Shown here: piece by piece, positions 50,212 through 60,535 of the stretch | Position numbering within the stretch: the first letter of the stretch is position 1 | How the letters are laid out: each line of letters begins with the position of its first letter | Assembly: GCA_028534125.1 (NCBI GenBank) | Contig: CM052832.1 | Span: 14,944,001 to 15,008,000 of the forward strand | Direction of reading: 5' to 3' | Source of the DNA: Lama glama | Taxonomy: Eukaryota | DNA: 64,000 nt | Translations under genes and position numbers: made by a program | Notes under the pieces: generated by a model | What the model was told of the DNA's origin: nothing | Database searches by the model: none | Seen by the model: only the letters and a program-made list of their open reading frames with translations

Positions 50212-53200
50212 GTCCTGCCTGCTCCCCGGGGCACCCAGGATTCCCACTCTGCCTAGCTCATGGGAGTCTGCTCAGCCCCAGCAGGCAGCCACAGGGCGGG
50301 GCTGGGCCGTTGGCCCTAATCAGCTCCTTATCTCCTGTTCAGAAGGGCTCTTTGTTGTCCTGCCACCCCCACAGGGCTGGGGACCAAGAGCTCAGCCAGT
50401 CCAGATGTGGCTGTGGTTGAGGCCACCCTGGCAAAGATGTGGGCAGGGTGGGGGTCCTCACACCCCTAGGGCCTCTCCCTCCACCAAACTGCCCTTTCTT
50501 TTTAGGAGAAAGCCAAGCCTGGGTAGCTCACAGGGAACAAGGGAGGAAAGGTAAGCAGAGAATGAGCCCTGGGCATCTGGCAGCCACGGCCATCAATCCC
50601 TGGCCCACCTCATCCACCGTGCTGCCCACATGCCAAGGCCCGAGCCTCAGGACCAAACACTCTTTAAGGGCCAACATTCACATGCCACACCAATCACATG
50701 GTCAGGGTTGGTGCCTTCCCCACCAGTCTCTCTGCTACTCTCTCCCTGGGTGAAGCTTTGAGTTTTCAGAAGATGAGGACAATTTAGGAGGAAGGGGGAA
50801 GATGGATAGAACTGCAATGGTGAGGTGGGGTGGGGGAAGAAAACCCCAAACCTGAAAGGTGAGTCTCCTCTTTCCCATAGCCCCCAACCCACCCCCCTGG
50901 AGTCAGATGAGATCTTTCTCCCTGATGCCTCCTTACAGGAGGGGCAGGGATTCCTTCAACTGAGAGGGACCCTTCTGACAGATGCTACCTGGCCCCCTGA
51001 AGCCCTAACACAGCTGATCCTAAAAGCTCCTTGGTCCTTTTCTAGCATCTTCCCTCTTCTTAGAGGCCTGTTTGGGCTTAATCAGTCCTACTAATTCAGA
51101 GTTCACCTAAAACCTCCCTCTGCAAGGAGCACCTGCAACCTGTATTTGGGAGTCTCTTCCAGAGGCTAAGAAAGGACAGTGAGGGTCCTCTCACATCCCC
51201 ATCCCTGTCCTCTCAATTATTATTCCTAAGTTACAGATTAAGACGTGTCCTGGGAGGCCTATGGCTCCACTTGAAAGCCCCTCAACCTGTAAAATGAGGG
51301 TAATGATAATGCACCTACCTTAACTACCTCTGCAGACTGCTGTAACGATCAAACCAGCTAATATTTTAAAATACTTTAACAACGGAAATCTTCAGTCCAA
51401 TCAAAATGAGAACGGGAACATTTGAAAATTACTTTCCCCTTTTCAGCTTCAGACAATTTCCAATTTTAATCCCATGAGAGGAAAAATCGTTTTTGCAAAC
51501 TTGTGACTTTTAGAGGGCCCAAAACCCTGATCTTCAAGTATCGAAATGCTCCAGACAGCAAGACTTTGTCTGGTAATTATTCCATTTTCTAATATTTCAG
51601 ACTTGAAGACCCTTTTAAACAAGGTGGTTGGTGATTTATCCTGCTCCATCATTAGTGGCTTGGCCTGCTCTGTAATTACAGGCAGTGATTAGGATCTTAT
51701 ATTACCACAGGTCCCCCTTCAAAACTAAACATCAAAATTAATCAGCTAAATGAGTGCTGACCTCACATGAGGTCTGCTGGAGGCCCCCTCAGAGAGGGGG
51801 TTCCAGTTGGGCGAAGCCAGTCAGTAATCTGGAGAGCCTAGGCCTGCCTGGGGGATCCTGGTGGGTGTCCCTGCAAGCTCTTGCATCATCTGGTGCTTCC
51901 CCCGACCTCCTGCTGCTGGGGACCCTTTAATACACTCACCCCCACCCCACATCCAGGCGTCCATGAACTGAATGAAGGCCTTTAGGCCCTCCCTGTCTGG
52001 TGAGACCAACAAATGCTTGTCTCTTCCACCTGTTTCTGAACATCAGAGAAGCTTGGCTTGGCGAAGCCACGTTCAGGGCCCAACCGCAATCCCTCAGTTT
52101 GTAGTATGCCTTTTTGGGTCTCAAGCTTGTCTCCTCCACACATTGTGCACGCAATGTGCGCTCCACAAATGCTGAGGCAATCTGCAGGAATGACCCTAGG
52201 AAATCATCATGGGACTAACTTGTTTCCCCCCCAAAAAAGGTAACCCGGAGAGGCCTGATGAGTGCCCAAGGTCACAGAGCAAGTGGGCAGGCAGGATGGA
52301 GTGGGTTCCTGGCGATCTTTCTAGCCCGCCACTTTCCTGACCCGCCTCAGGGGCTAGTTAAGTGCCTGTGGCCCCAGTTCCAAACCTGGGTCCAGGGTGA
52401 CTCTGCAAGTGTCTGTGTCTGGCCGGTGGACTAGGGACTAGAGCGCACGGGGGGAGGGGCGAAGGCCGCTCTTGCAGGCGCGGGAAACCGGTGCACCCCG
52501 ACCGCATGCACCGCCACGCGGGTGCACCCGGCCCCACTTCCTGCCAGAGGGGGCACCCAAGCCCGCCTTGGGGCAGGAAACCTGGCGCGCGCGGGGTAAA
52601 GGAAGAAAGCCACCTCCCTCTGCGCCCTCCCCGCAAAATAAAGCCCCAGAAAAAAAAAATTTAACGGGGAGTCAAAGGGACTAGTTCCAACAGAGCCCAG
52701 CAAAGCAGAGAAACCAGTTTGTGGGGGCGGAGGGCAGGCCGGGCCCTGGGGGCTGAAGAGGCGCGGGCCGGGCCAGAGGTGGGGTCCGGGTGAAGCCCCA
52801 AACCCAGGCCCGCGATTCGGCCTCTTCTGCGGGGGGGGCGCCAGAAGAGGCCGAGCTGGAGTAAGGCCGAATTGCGGGGTTCCTGCCCATCCCCCTCACT
52901 TCTAGAACTTCCCCAGGCTGCGGGGGGCGCCCGGTCCCCCACTCTCCCGCTGCGCCGCAGCCTGTTCCTCTCCCCGCCCCCCACCACCCCGGGCCCGGGC
53001 TCGGGCGGGATCGGCGGCAGCGCGAGGTGCACCGGGCTCCGCCGGGTGCACAACTCGCGCTCGTTGCAGCCGCGCGCCCCCTCCCCCACCGCGCGCCTTT
53101 CCTGGGTTCCCGCCCCCCGCAGGACGCCCGCGGCGCGGGGGAAGGGGTGCGGGCGCCCTCCCCGCGCCGCCGGGCCCCGCCGCCCGCCCCCGCGACTCGC

Positions 53201-53356
53201 GGCCCTCCCCCGCCGGCGGCTCGCGCAGCCCCGGCCTGGGAATAAAGCCGGAGGCGCGCGCTGCAGCCCCGGGCGGCTTGCAGTAGAGGCGGCGTGCAGC
53301 GGGGGCGCGGGCGCCCCCCTCCGCCGCCGCCGCCGCGGGCCCCGGGGACGACTCAC

Positions 53357-53473
53357 CGCGAGCTCGGCCGCCGGCCTGCGGTGCGCGCTCCGGGCTGCCG
53401 GGAGCGACGGTGCTGGGCGCTGAGGACCGGCCTGGCTCCGCCGCCGCCGCCGCCGCTGGTAGCAAATGCGGAT
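53357..53473 (-). other. HMGA1: HMGA1 non-coding exon 2 (may extend to about 53525 when used as a first exon)
   Basis: Acceptor CTCTCTCTCCCGGTTTCAG|, donor |GTGAGT; resembles the recalled human HMGA1 5'UTR. Confidence 0.82.
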
Positions 53474-53548
53474 CTGAAACCGGGAGAGAGAGCAGAGGCG
53501 CTCAGAGACCGCCGCCGCCGCGTGCTCGCCGCCCAGGCCCCCGCGGGG

Positions 53549-53556
53549 TATTTATA
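53549..53556 (-). promoter_or_regulatory. HMGA1: TATA box (TATAAATA) for the internal HMGA1 start site
   Basis: Consensus TATA in an otherwise very GC-rich island, about 80 nt upstream of the exon-2 acceptor. Confidence 0.7.
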
Positions 53557-53717
53557 TGTCACATCCAGGCGGGGGGGACAAAAATATTCCCCCTCCCCCG
53601 AAGGATGGCGAGGGGCAGGAAGCTAGGCACGGCCCGTGCGCGGCCTCAATAAATAAATAATTTAATTAAATGATAGATATAAAAAAAAAGAAGCCACCGG
53701 AGGGGCCGCGAACTCAC

Positions 53718-53810
53718 GCCTTCTTGGAGCCGCGCCAGGGCCAGAAATAGCCCGGACTCGGAGTCCCAATTAGAGGAGCGCAGCCCCGGCTCAGGGGAGC
53801 TTAAAAAGAG
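53718..53810 (-). other. HMGA1: HMGA1 non-coding exon 1 (start approximate)
   Basis: CTTTTTAAGCTCCCCTGAGCCGG...CCAAGAAGGC|GTGAGT resembles recalled HMGA1 exon 1; GC box 53863-53872 and octamer ATGCAAAT 53874-53881 lie upstream. Confidence 0.8.
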
Positions 53811-55192
53811 CGACCCAGGGGCAGGGGGGACGGGCCCGCCCGCGCCAGCCGTGTCACTGAGGGGGGCGGGGCCATGCAAATGAGCCCGGGGATTTAAAAG
53901 GGCGGCCGCCCGCCAGCCGCCGCCGCCGCCGCGGCGCGGGTGGGTGCTGGCTGCGGGAGGGGTGTATGGTGCCTGGTGTCCGGGGGCGGGCGCGCGGGAG
54001 GCCTGAGCTGGCAACCCGAGGCCCCGGCCCACTCCGTACTGTCCCGGGCCGGGAGACCTGGGGAGGTGTACAGAGTATCAAGGACCCTTGCGCGGGAGGA
54101 GGGCGTCCTTACTGCGTGGAACTGGGGTCCCCGGGAGTCACCTCTAGGGGCCTTCCGGGTGTGTGGGCCTGGCGCCCGCAGAGCGCGTGGATGTGGGCGG
54201 GCGTTGGTGCCTGCGGTGGTCCGCGCGGGCGGCAGGGGTGGACAGAAACGCGCGGGTTGGAGAATTCCGAGGCCTACCAGCCGCCCCCTTCTCCCTGATA
54301 CGCCGCTCGTAGACTTTCCCTGGGCGGACAGGTGTCAGCATGTGCGTTTCAGTGCCAACCTGCGTGTGGCTGACTGGTGAAATACAGGTCTTGTGAAATT
54401 CAAACGTGAAACTTGTGAAATCCATAGTTTAAATTTACTAATGGGCCCCAGGGGGCCATAATCAAGGTGCAGCCTTCAAGCGAGACAAACGATTGGCTCC
54501 TTTGCAGGTAAACCTGTGGGAGGATTCATTCCTTTAGGTGACCCGGATGGTGTTTTGGCGACAAGCGGCTCCACTTGGTACCTTGGTCCCTTCCGCTATG
54601 ACTTTGTTTTAAAAATATTAAAGCGTGAGCTGGTGGTCGCCTGGAAGCACTTTGAGGGCAGGGGCTGAGTCTACGCACGCCGTACCCGCCACGCTTGGCC
54701 CGCCCGGCGCTTCGCCCAATAAAGACTTGTTGCACGGGCGAGAAGGAAGCCAAAGTGGGAAGATGGCGGGGAGGGCGGTGGGAGAAGAAAGGGCGCTGTC
54801 AGAGGCGCACCCTGCAGGCCGGGCCGGGGCCTTCTCGGGCGCACCTCCCCGCCCCTGGTCCCTGAGGCGGCCTTCCACACCTCCCGTGATGCAGGGAATT
54901 GCAATGCGGCCCAGTGACACACGGCTGTGACTCATGTTTTTCTTTGCTCCCCTTCCTCCCCAGTCGGCCGAGGCCCTGGCCCAGCCCCCTCCTCAGGGGA
55001 CGAGCCGGCGGTGGAAGGGGGACGCCAGGAAAACCCTGAGCCCGGAATAGAGGCGGGGTGGGGAAACCAGAGGGGCCGGGCCTCCTAGTTTCAGGAATGT
55101 TTCAGGAATGTTTCCGGTGGGGGTGGGGAGCAGAGCCGGGAGTGGGCCCAGCCCCCACCCGGGGCCGGGCCGGCGCTCGGGGCCGGGGGCAG

Positions 55193-55198
55193 CACGTG
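55193..55198. promoter_or_regulatory. E-box CACGTG, candidate MYC/MAX site upstream of HMGA1
   Basis: Palindrome AGCACGTGCT about 1.4 kb upstream of exon 1; HMGA1 is an established MYC target through an upstream E-box. Confidence 0.6.
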
Positions 55199-57339
55199 CT
55201 CGGCCGGGTGGGGGCGGGGACGCCAGGGCGGGAAGGCGCTGGGGGCCAATCGAGTGGGTTCAAAGACGAGGGCGTGGGCCTGGGGCCGTCCCTGGCTAGG
55301 AGTGGGCCAGGAGGCCGACCTCCGCACACTGGTTCCCCGCCCCGTGCCCAGGTGAAACGCAGTCCTTGAGAAGTCCCCAGGCTGCCCCTGGAGGGGAGAG
55401 GAAGTCACAGAAGGGCGGCCTTAAGGGAGAGGAGAGTGGAGGGGAACGCGAGGGCGAGGCTGGGGGAGGGGCGGCCTGCCCCTTTGGAGCGCGGGGTGGG
55501 GCGGGGGTGGGGCGGGGTGGAAGGCGCGCTGCTCCCTCCATCTTTGTGCCCTGCGTGCGGAGCGCGCGCTTAGTAGGCCGCAGGTAGATTTGGCTGGAGG
55601 GCCTTGAGTTAATAGCTCGAGAACCTTTGTGGCATTGAGTGGAAAAACGATCCTTCAGCTCTTACCCAACCGGCTCAGGTCACCGGCCCCTGCCGGCAAC
55701 CTGGATCCCCAGGCCTGGGCCAGGGAAAGTCCTCCCAGAGCCATTCTCCCCAGCCGACAGCCCTCCCCGAGGCCGCCTTGGCTTCTAGGCCCGGGCTCTG
55801 GGGCTGGGGAGGAGGGGGGTCCTTCCAGACCCCCTCCCCTGGACGCTGCTAACCTCGGGTCCGCTCTCCCCGGCCTTGTGGTGGTCCCTGAGAGAGAAGG
55901 AGGTGGGGAAGGGAGGCCTTCCGTCTCGAATGGGCTATGGGAAACCTTTTTGGCCTGCTTCTAAGACTTGGTCTAATTTTTCCAACTCTTCTTTTCCCCT
56001 CGTCCTGATTTCTTCACCGACTTGTTTTTTACCTTGTATTATGTCTGTGTATTTTTATAAGCCACCTCAAACCCTCTGGAAGAAGGCAGGTATAAATAAA
56101 TTTGTAGGCAAATATAGTAGCTTGTTCCCCTCCAGGATTACCCACACCCTTGAAATCCAAATAACTCTACCCACTGACCCCCACCTCCATTTTTTTCTGG
56201 ATTGCAAATGCCCCGAATCGACTTCCTTTCCTTTCTTTCCTCTCAATTGGTATTTATTAAGCAGAATGGTGAATGACCGGGGTAAAGATGAATGAGCTGT
56301 AGTCCTTGCCCTGGTGAATTTCACGTCTGGAGGAACTAGAACCAGGAACACCAGAGCTGAGTAGCAATCCCAGAGATGCCAGGAGGAGAAAGTATTCATT
56401 CATTCAGTTTATTGAGGGCCTACTATGTACCAAGAACTAGTTCAAACTCTTGGAGTACAATCAATGAATAAAGTAATGTTCCCTGCACTCTTGAAACTCG
56501 AACTAGGGAGTTAGGTGCTTAAAGAGAGACTTGGTAGGTGCTACAGGAGACAGGATGGGAGCTTGGGGTGGTCAGGGAAGTCTGGAGGAGATGAGGCTTG
56601 GGCAAGCTTTGATGGGATTTGGATAGGTGGGTGGCTGGGGGAGGGGGTGCCCATAGGGAGCAGGTTGGGAGAGGGAGCTGTTCTAGGCCTGGGACATCAA
56701 CCTGGTTGGTCAAGGCCTAAGGAAGAGATCTTAGGGAAATTGGTCATATCAGAACCAGTCTTCTCCACAGGAAGCATTTTCTTCCTGTTAGAGTTGGATT
56801 ATACAGTTTCTACAAGGACAACCCAGTGAACTTCAGTGATCCCAACAGGAATGTCCAAGGAATGGGGAATTTGAGTCAACTTTGTTTTTCAGGACAGCTG
56901 AAGAAGGTTAAGCTCACTTTCACTTAGGCTATTGAAATTCTTTCTGATGTATGTTAGGTGTTTCCCTGCTTTGCTAAGTAGCGTAGCAGGACCCTGACAA
57001 TCTCTCAGTTGTGGCTTGGAAATGCAGATGTTTTGGTAGGTTGGGGTGTCCCTTAGCATTCTCTGGGGATTCATGTCTTGCTTCATCTCTGCAGTCAGCA
57101 TATTTGCTTATCAGTTTACCTCTTGCTTCTGAGTCAACTGCAGCTCTTAGAGGAGTTAAGGGAAAGACCAGTGTGAATGGTTCCATTTAGTGGTTAGATT
57201 AGTCAGGGTTTTCTGAAAGTCATGGGGATGAGGTGTGACAGTGTTCTGTGTGTCCAGCCCAACATAGAAGGTAGATGGGAAAAGGTAGGCAGAGGAGGAA
57301 CAGGAATTATTTAACCTGTTGTCCAAACCATGATAGTTT

Positions 57340-57860
57340 TTAAAGTAAACCTTTTACTGATGAAAACTATACATACAGAAAATGCACAAATCCTCTGTTC
57401 AGCTCAATGCATTTTCATAAAGTGAGCACCCTCGTGTCACCAGCACCCAGATCAAGAAACAGAACATCTCCAGCCCCCCTTATGTCACCACTCTCCCAAC
57501 TTCTAATAGCATCACCTAGTTTCACCCTTCAGGTGCACTGTTTGGATCAAATCATATGTTAAGTACTCTTCTGAGTTACTTTCCTTTGCTCAACTTCATG
57601 TCTGAGATTCATCCATGTTATTGCTCATGGCGGCAGAATGTTCATTCTCATTGCTGCATAGTTAAACCTGGTGTGAATGTACCACAGTTTAGATACCCAT
57701 TCTGTTGAAGGACATTTGGAGAACTTCTGGTTTGGGGCTATTACAAATAGTGCCATTGTGAATGTTCTAGTGTTATGTCTTGGTGAGTAGATGTGCAAAT
57801 TTCTGTTGGGTACACACCTAGGGGAGGAATTCCTGGGTCAGAGGATATGTGTGCCCAGCT
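57340..57860 (-). mobile_element. Old L1 (L1ME/MB-like) 3' fragment
   Basis: CATACAGAAAATGCACAAATC...GAGATTCATCCATGTT...GGACATTTGG...TTCCTGGGTCA resembles L1M 3' ends. Confidence 0.75.
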
Positions 57861-59249
57861 ATTACAGACAACCAGAGCACTTAAGGGCAAAAGGAGGTAG
57901 TAGTAGTAGTTATGACTAGATTTAGGGTCACAAACCTGACCTGGCCCATTCCAACTGGGGTTGACCTGGACCATATCAACAGGATTGGCCTGGGTAAGCC
58001 TGATAGAGGGTCGCCCTAGTGCACAGTGTTGACCACTCTCCTGGAGAGTTACCCAGCTAGAGGTACATCTGGTCATCTGGCAGGATCCGGCCTCCAGGCC
58101 CTGCTGACCACAAACTCTGCTGCCAGGAAGCCTGGCAGGCCTCGAGTGGGAGGAGGGCCTTTTCTGCTTCCAACTTTCGAAGGAAAAACTCTCCAGTGAA
58201 TAGGAGGGCCCAGGAGACAGGCACCCCCTGCCTTGAGCCAGCAGCCCACCTTGCTTGCCCCCAGGACACCATGAACTTCATCAGCCTCCTTCTTCAGGGC
58301 TGGAACCCAGGGAAGCTCAACTACCCCCAGCCTCCAGAAAACCTGAGGAAAAGGGGAAGTCAATGAGCAAATACTAAATGCTTATTTTCTCTCGGATTCC
58401 TCAATACCCCTACCCAGTCAGTAATGTTATTGCCCCCATTCTACAGGTGTTAAAACTGAGGCTCAGGGAGGTTAAATAGCTTGGGATTCTCCCACTCCCC
58501 ACTCCCCTACATACTGGTTTTTTCCCCCATGCTGGGTGGGCTTGCTGTCTTCCAGTCCAGACTGATCCTTCCAGGCACTGAAATAGGGGATGTGGCCTTG
58601 AACTAGGTAGCTACATTCTGTGTCCTCAAGGGGCTTACTTTGAGTGAGTTGGGGAGACAGACAAGTACCTGGCAATTTCATCAGTGTACCTGCTGGGAGG
58701 GGGGCCTGGGGAGCACAGGGCGGGGGCCCAGGGTGTGGGTGGAGCGCCCCAGAAGGCCTTGGAAGCTGGTGCTGGGGTTGGGGGAGCATTGTGTATGACA
58801 TAGAATGGGCCCAGGGCTGTGATAGACATTGTGGGCTGGCATTGGGCAACATTCCCCACACTTCTTTGAAGCTACAATTTGGGATGTGAATTATGTCCCC
58901 CTTTGAAAGAGTAAAGTTTGGAGGGAGGAATAAAGAGGAGGGAAATATTACTGTGTGGGCTGTGGAGATACGGAGTCTTCTGCAGCACATCTAGCATCCA
59001 GTCACCAGCTTTGTGAGGGTCAAGAGGCAGGGATGGTAGTAGAGGGGCCTCTTGCCCCTGGATCACAGCTCAGGCGTTCAGGTGGGGCCTCCTGATTCCC
59101 CATCCCACTGATCAGGCCAGAGACAGGCAGTTCAGTCGTGTTTTTCCAGGAGGTCCTGCCCAGAGCCAGCTCTTCCAGTTCTTCCAATGGTTTTGTAAGC
59201 ACCTAATTTTCAGTATTAAATATTAAATCTCTTTCTACCTAAAACATAA

Positions 59250-59820
59250 GCATGCCCCTCCACTGTTCAGAATCCTCCAGGGGCTCCCATCTAACAGAGT
59301 GAAAACAAAGTCTTCACATAGGCCCTGCAATCTTCCCCCTCCCCCATCCCCCTTGCCTCCTACTTGTTGCTCTGCTTCTGCCACACAAGCCTCCTCGATG
59401 TTCCCTAGACCTTCCAGGCATTAGGGTCACCTCAGGACCTTTGCACTTGTCATTCTCTATGCCTGATGTGCTCTCTCGCTAGACATCCTCAGGGCCTGCC
59501 TTCAAACTGCCTTCAGGTCTCCCCCTGTTCAGTGTTACCTGTCCACACTATTTAAAATTGCATGTCTTCCTCTGCAGTCCCTCATCCACCTTACCATGTT
59601 TTTCCCCCATAACACTTACCAGTTCCTAACATGCTATATAATTCACTTTTCTATTGAATCGGAACTATTCTCAATGAAAGTGATATGTATTGCATTTTCT
59701 GTCCGGTCTCCCCAGAGCAAGTCTAGCTCCATGAAGGCAGGGAATTTTATCTGTTGTGTTCACTGGGTCTCCCCAGGGCCTGGCTCAGTGTTCAAGCTCA
59801 AAAAATGTGTTGAATGAAGA
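59250..59820 (+). mobile_element. LINE-2 3' fragment
   Basis: CACCTCAGGACCTTTGCACTTG...AGCTCCATGAAGGCAGGGA...GCTCAAAAAATGTGTTGAATGAA resembles the L2 3' end. Confidence 0.72.
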
Positions 59821-60416
59821 ATGATTAGCCAGAGTTATCAGCAGAGGCCAAGCCACAGGGCAGCAGTTTAGAGACCTGTTCCCAAACTTCAAGGCAGGGA
59901 AAAGGGCAAGGAATCCAGCAGATTGTCATGGAAGTGATCAAATTGCCCAAACTGAGTAAGACAGGGCTTCTGCACCTTACAGAGACATCTGTTTTTTGTC
60001 TCAGTAGGTTAACATCATTGCACCATCATTATCAAGCGATCTCCTGGGTTAGGACTCACTTCTAGCAGGCATTACTTTTAGATTGTATAGTTTGCCACCA
60101 ATCATGGGAAGCTGTTTTCTTTTCTTTCCCCTTGGTCTCAGGTTTAGTCATCAGAAGCTGGCAGCCACCTGACAACCTTCTTGGCCCTTTGGCTAGGGCA
60201 GACTAGCTGGGTTGCTTGTTGGTGACTGGACAGTGGTGGCAGCTGACCAGAGTGTGCTTGGGGAGAGTGTAAGATTTACATTTTGCATGGAACAAAAATC
60301 CCTTTGGTCCAAACTGACCATGTCCAGTACAACAGTCTCTGGGGGGATGCCCCCAAACATGCTGCCTCCTCCCACTCAGGAATGGCTGAAAATACACACC
60401 CTGTAAAGTTGTGCAG

Positions 60417-60535
60417 GGAGGGGATAGCTCAAGCGGTAGAGCACATGCTTAGCATGCATGAGGTCCTGGGTTTAATCCCCAGTACCTCCTCTAAAAATAA
60501 GTAAACCTGATTCCCCCCCAACAATAACAACCACA
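60417..60535 (+). mobile_element. tRNA-Ala-derived SINE with a 12-bp target site duplication
   Basis: AAAGTTGTGCAG 60405-60416 and AAAGTTGTACAG 60536-60547 (11/12 identical); same body as the other copies. Confidence 0.9.

Larger units (their letters stand above)
52420..55600 (-). promoter_or_regulatory. HMGA1: HMGA1 CpG island and promoter region
   Basis: Very high GC and CpG content, many SP/KLF boxes, E2F-like GCGGGAAA 52480-52487, AP-1 TGACTCA 54928-54934, E-box CACGTG 55193-55198. Confidence 0.9.

Noticed and set aside
52661..53465. Long ORFs (183-231 aa) on both strands in the HMGA1 island
   Set aside because: Low-complexity Arg/Pro/Gly/Ala translations expected from stop-poor GC-rich DNA; they overlap non-coding exons and resemble no family I know.
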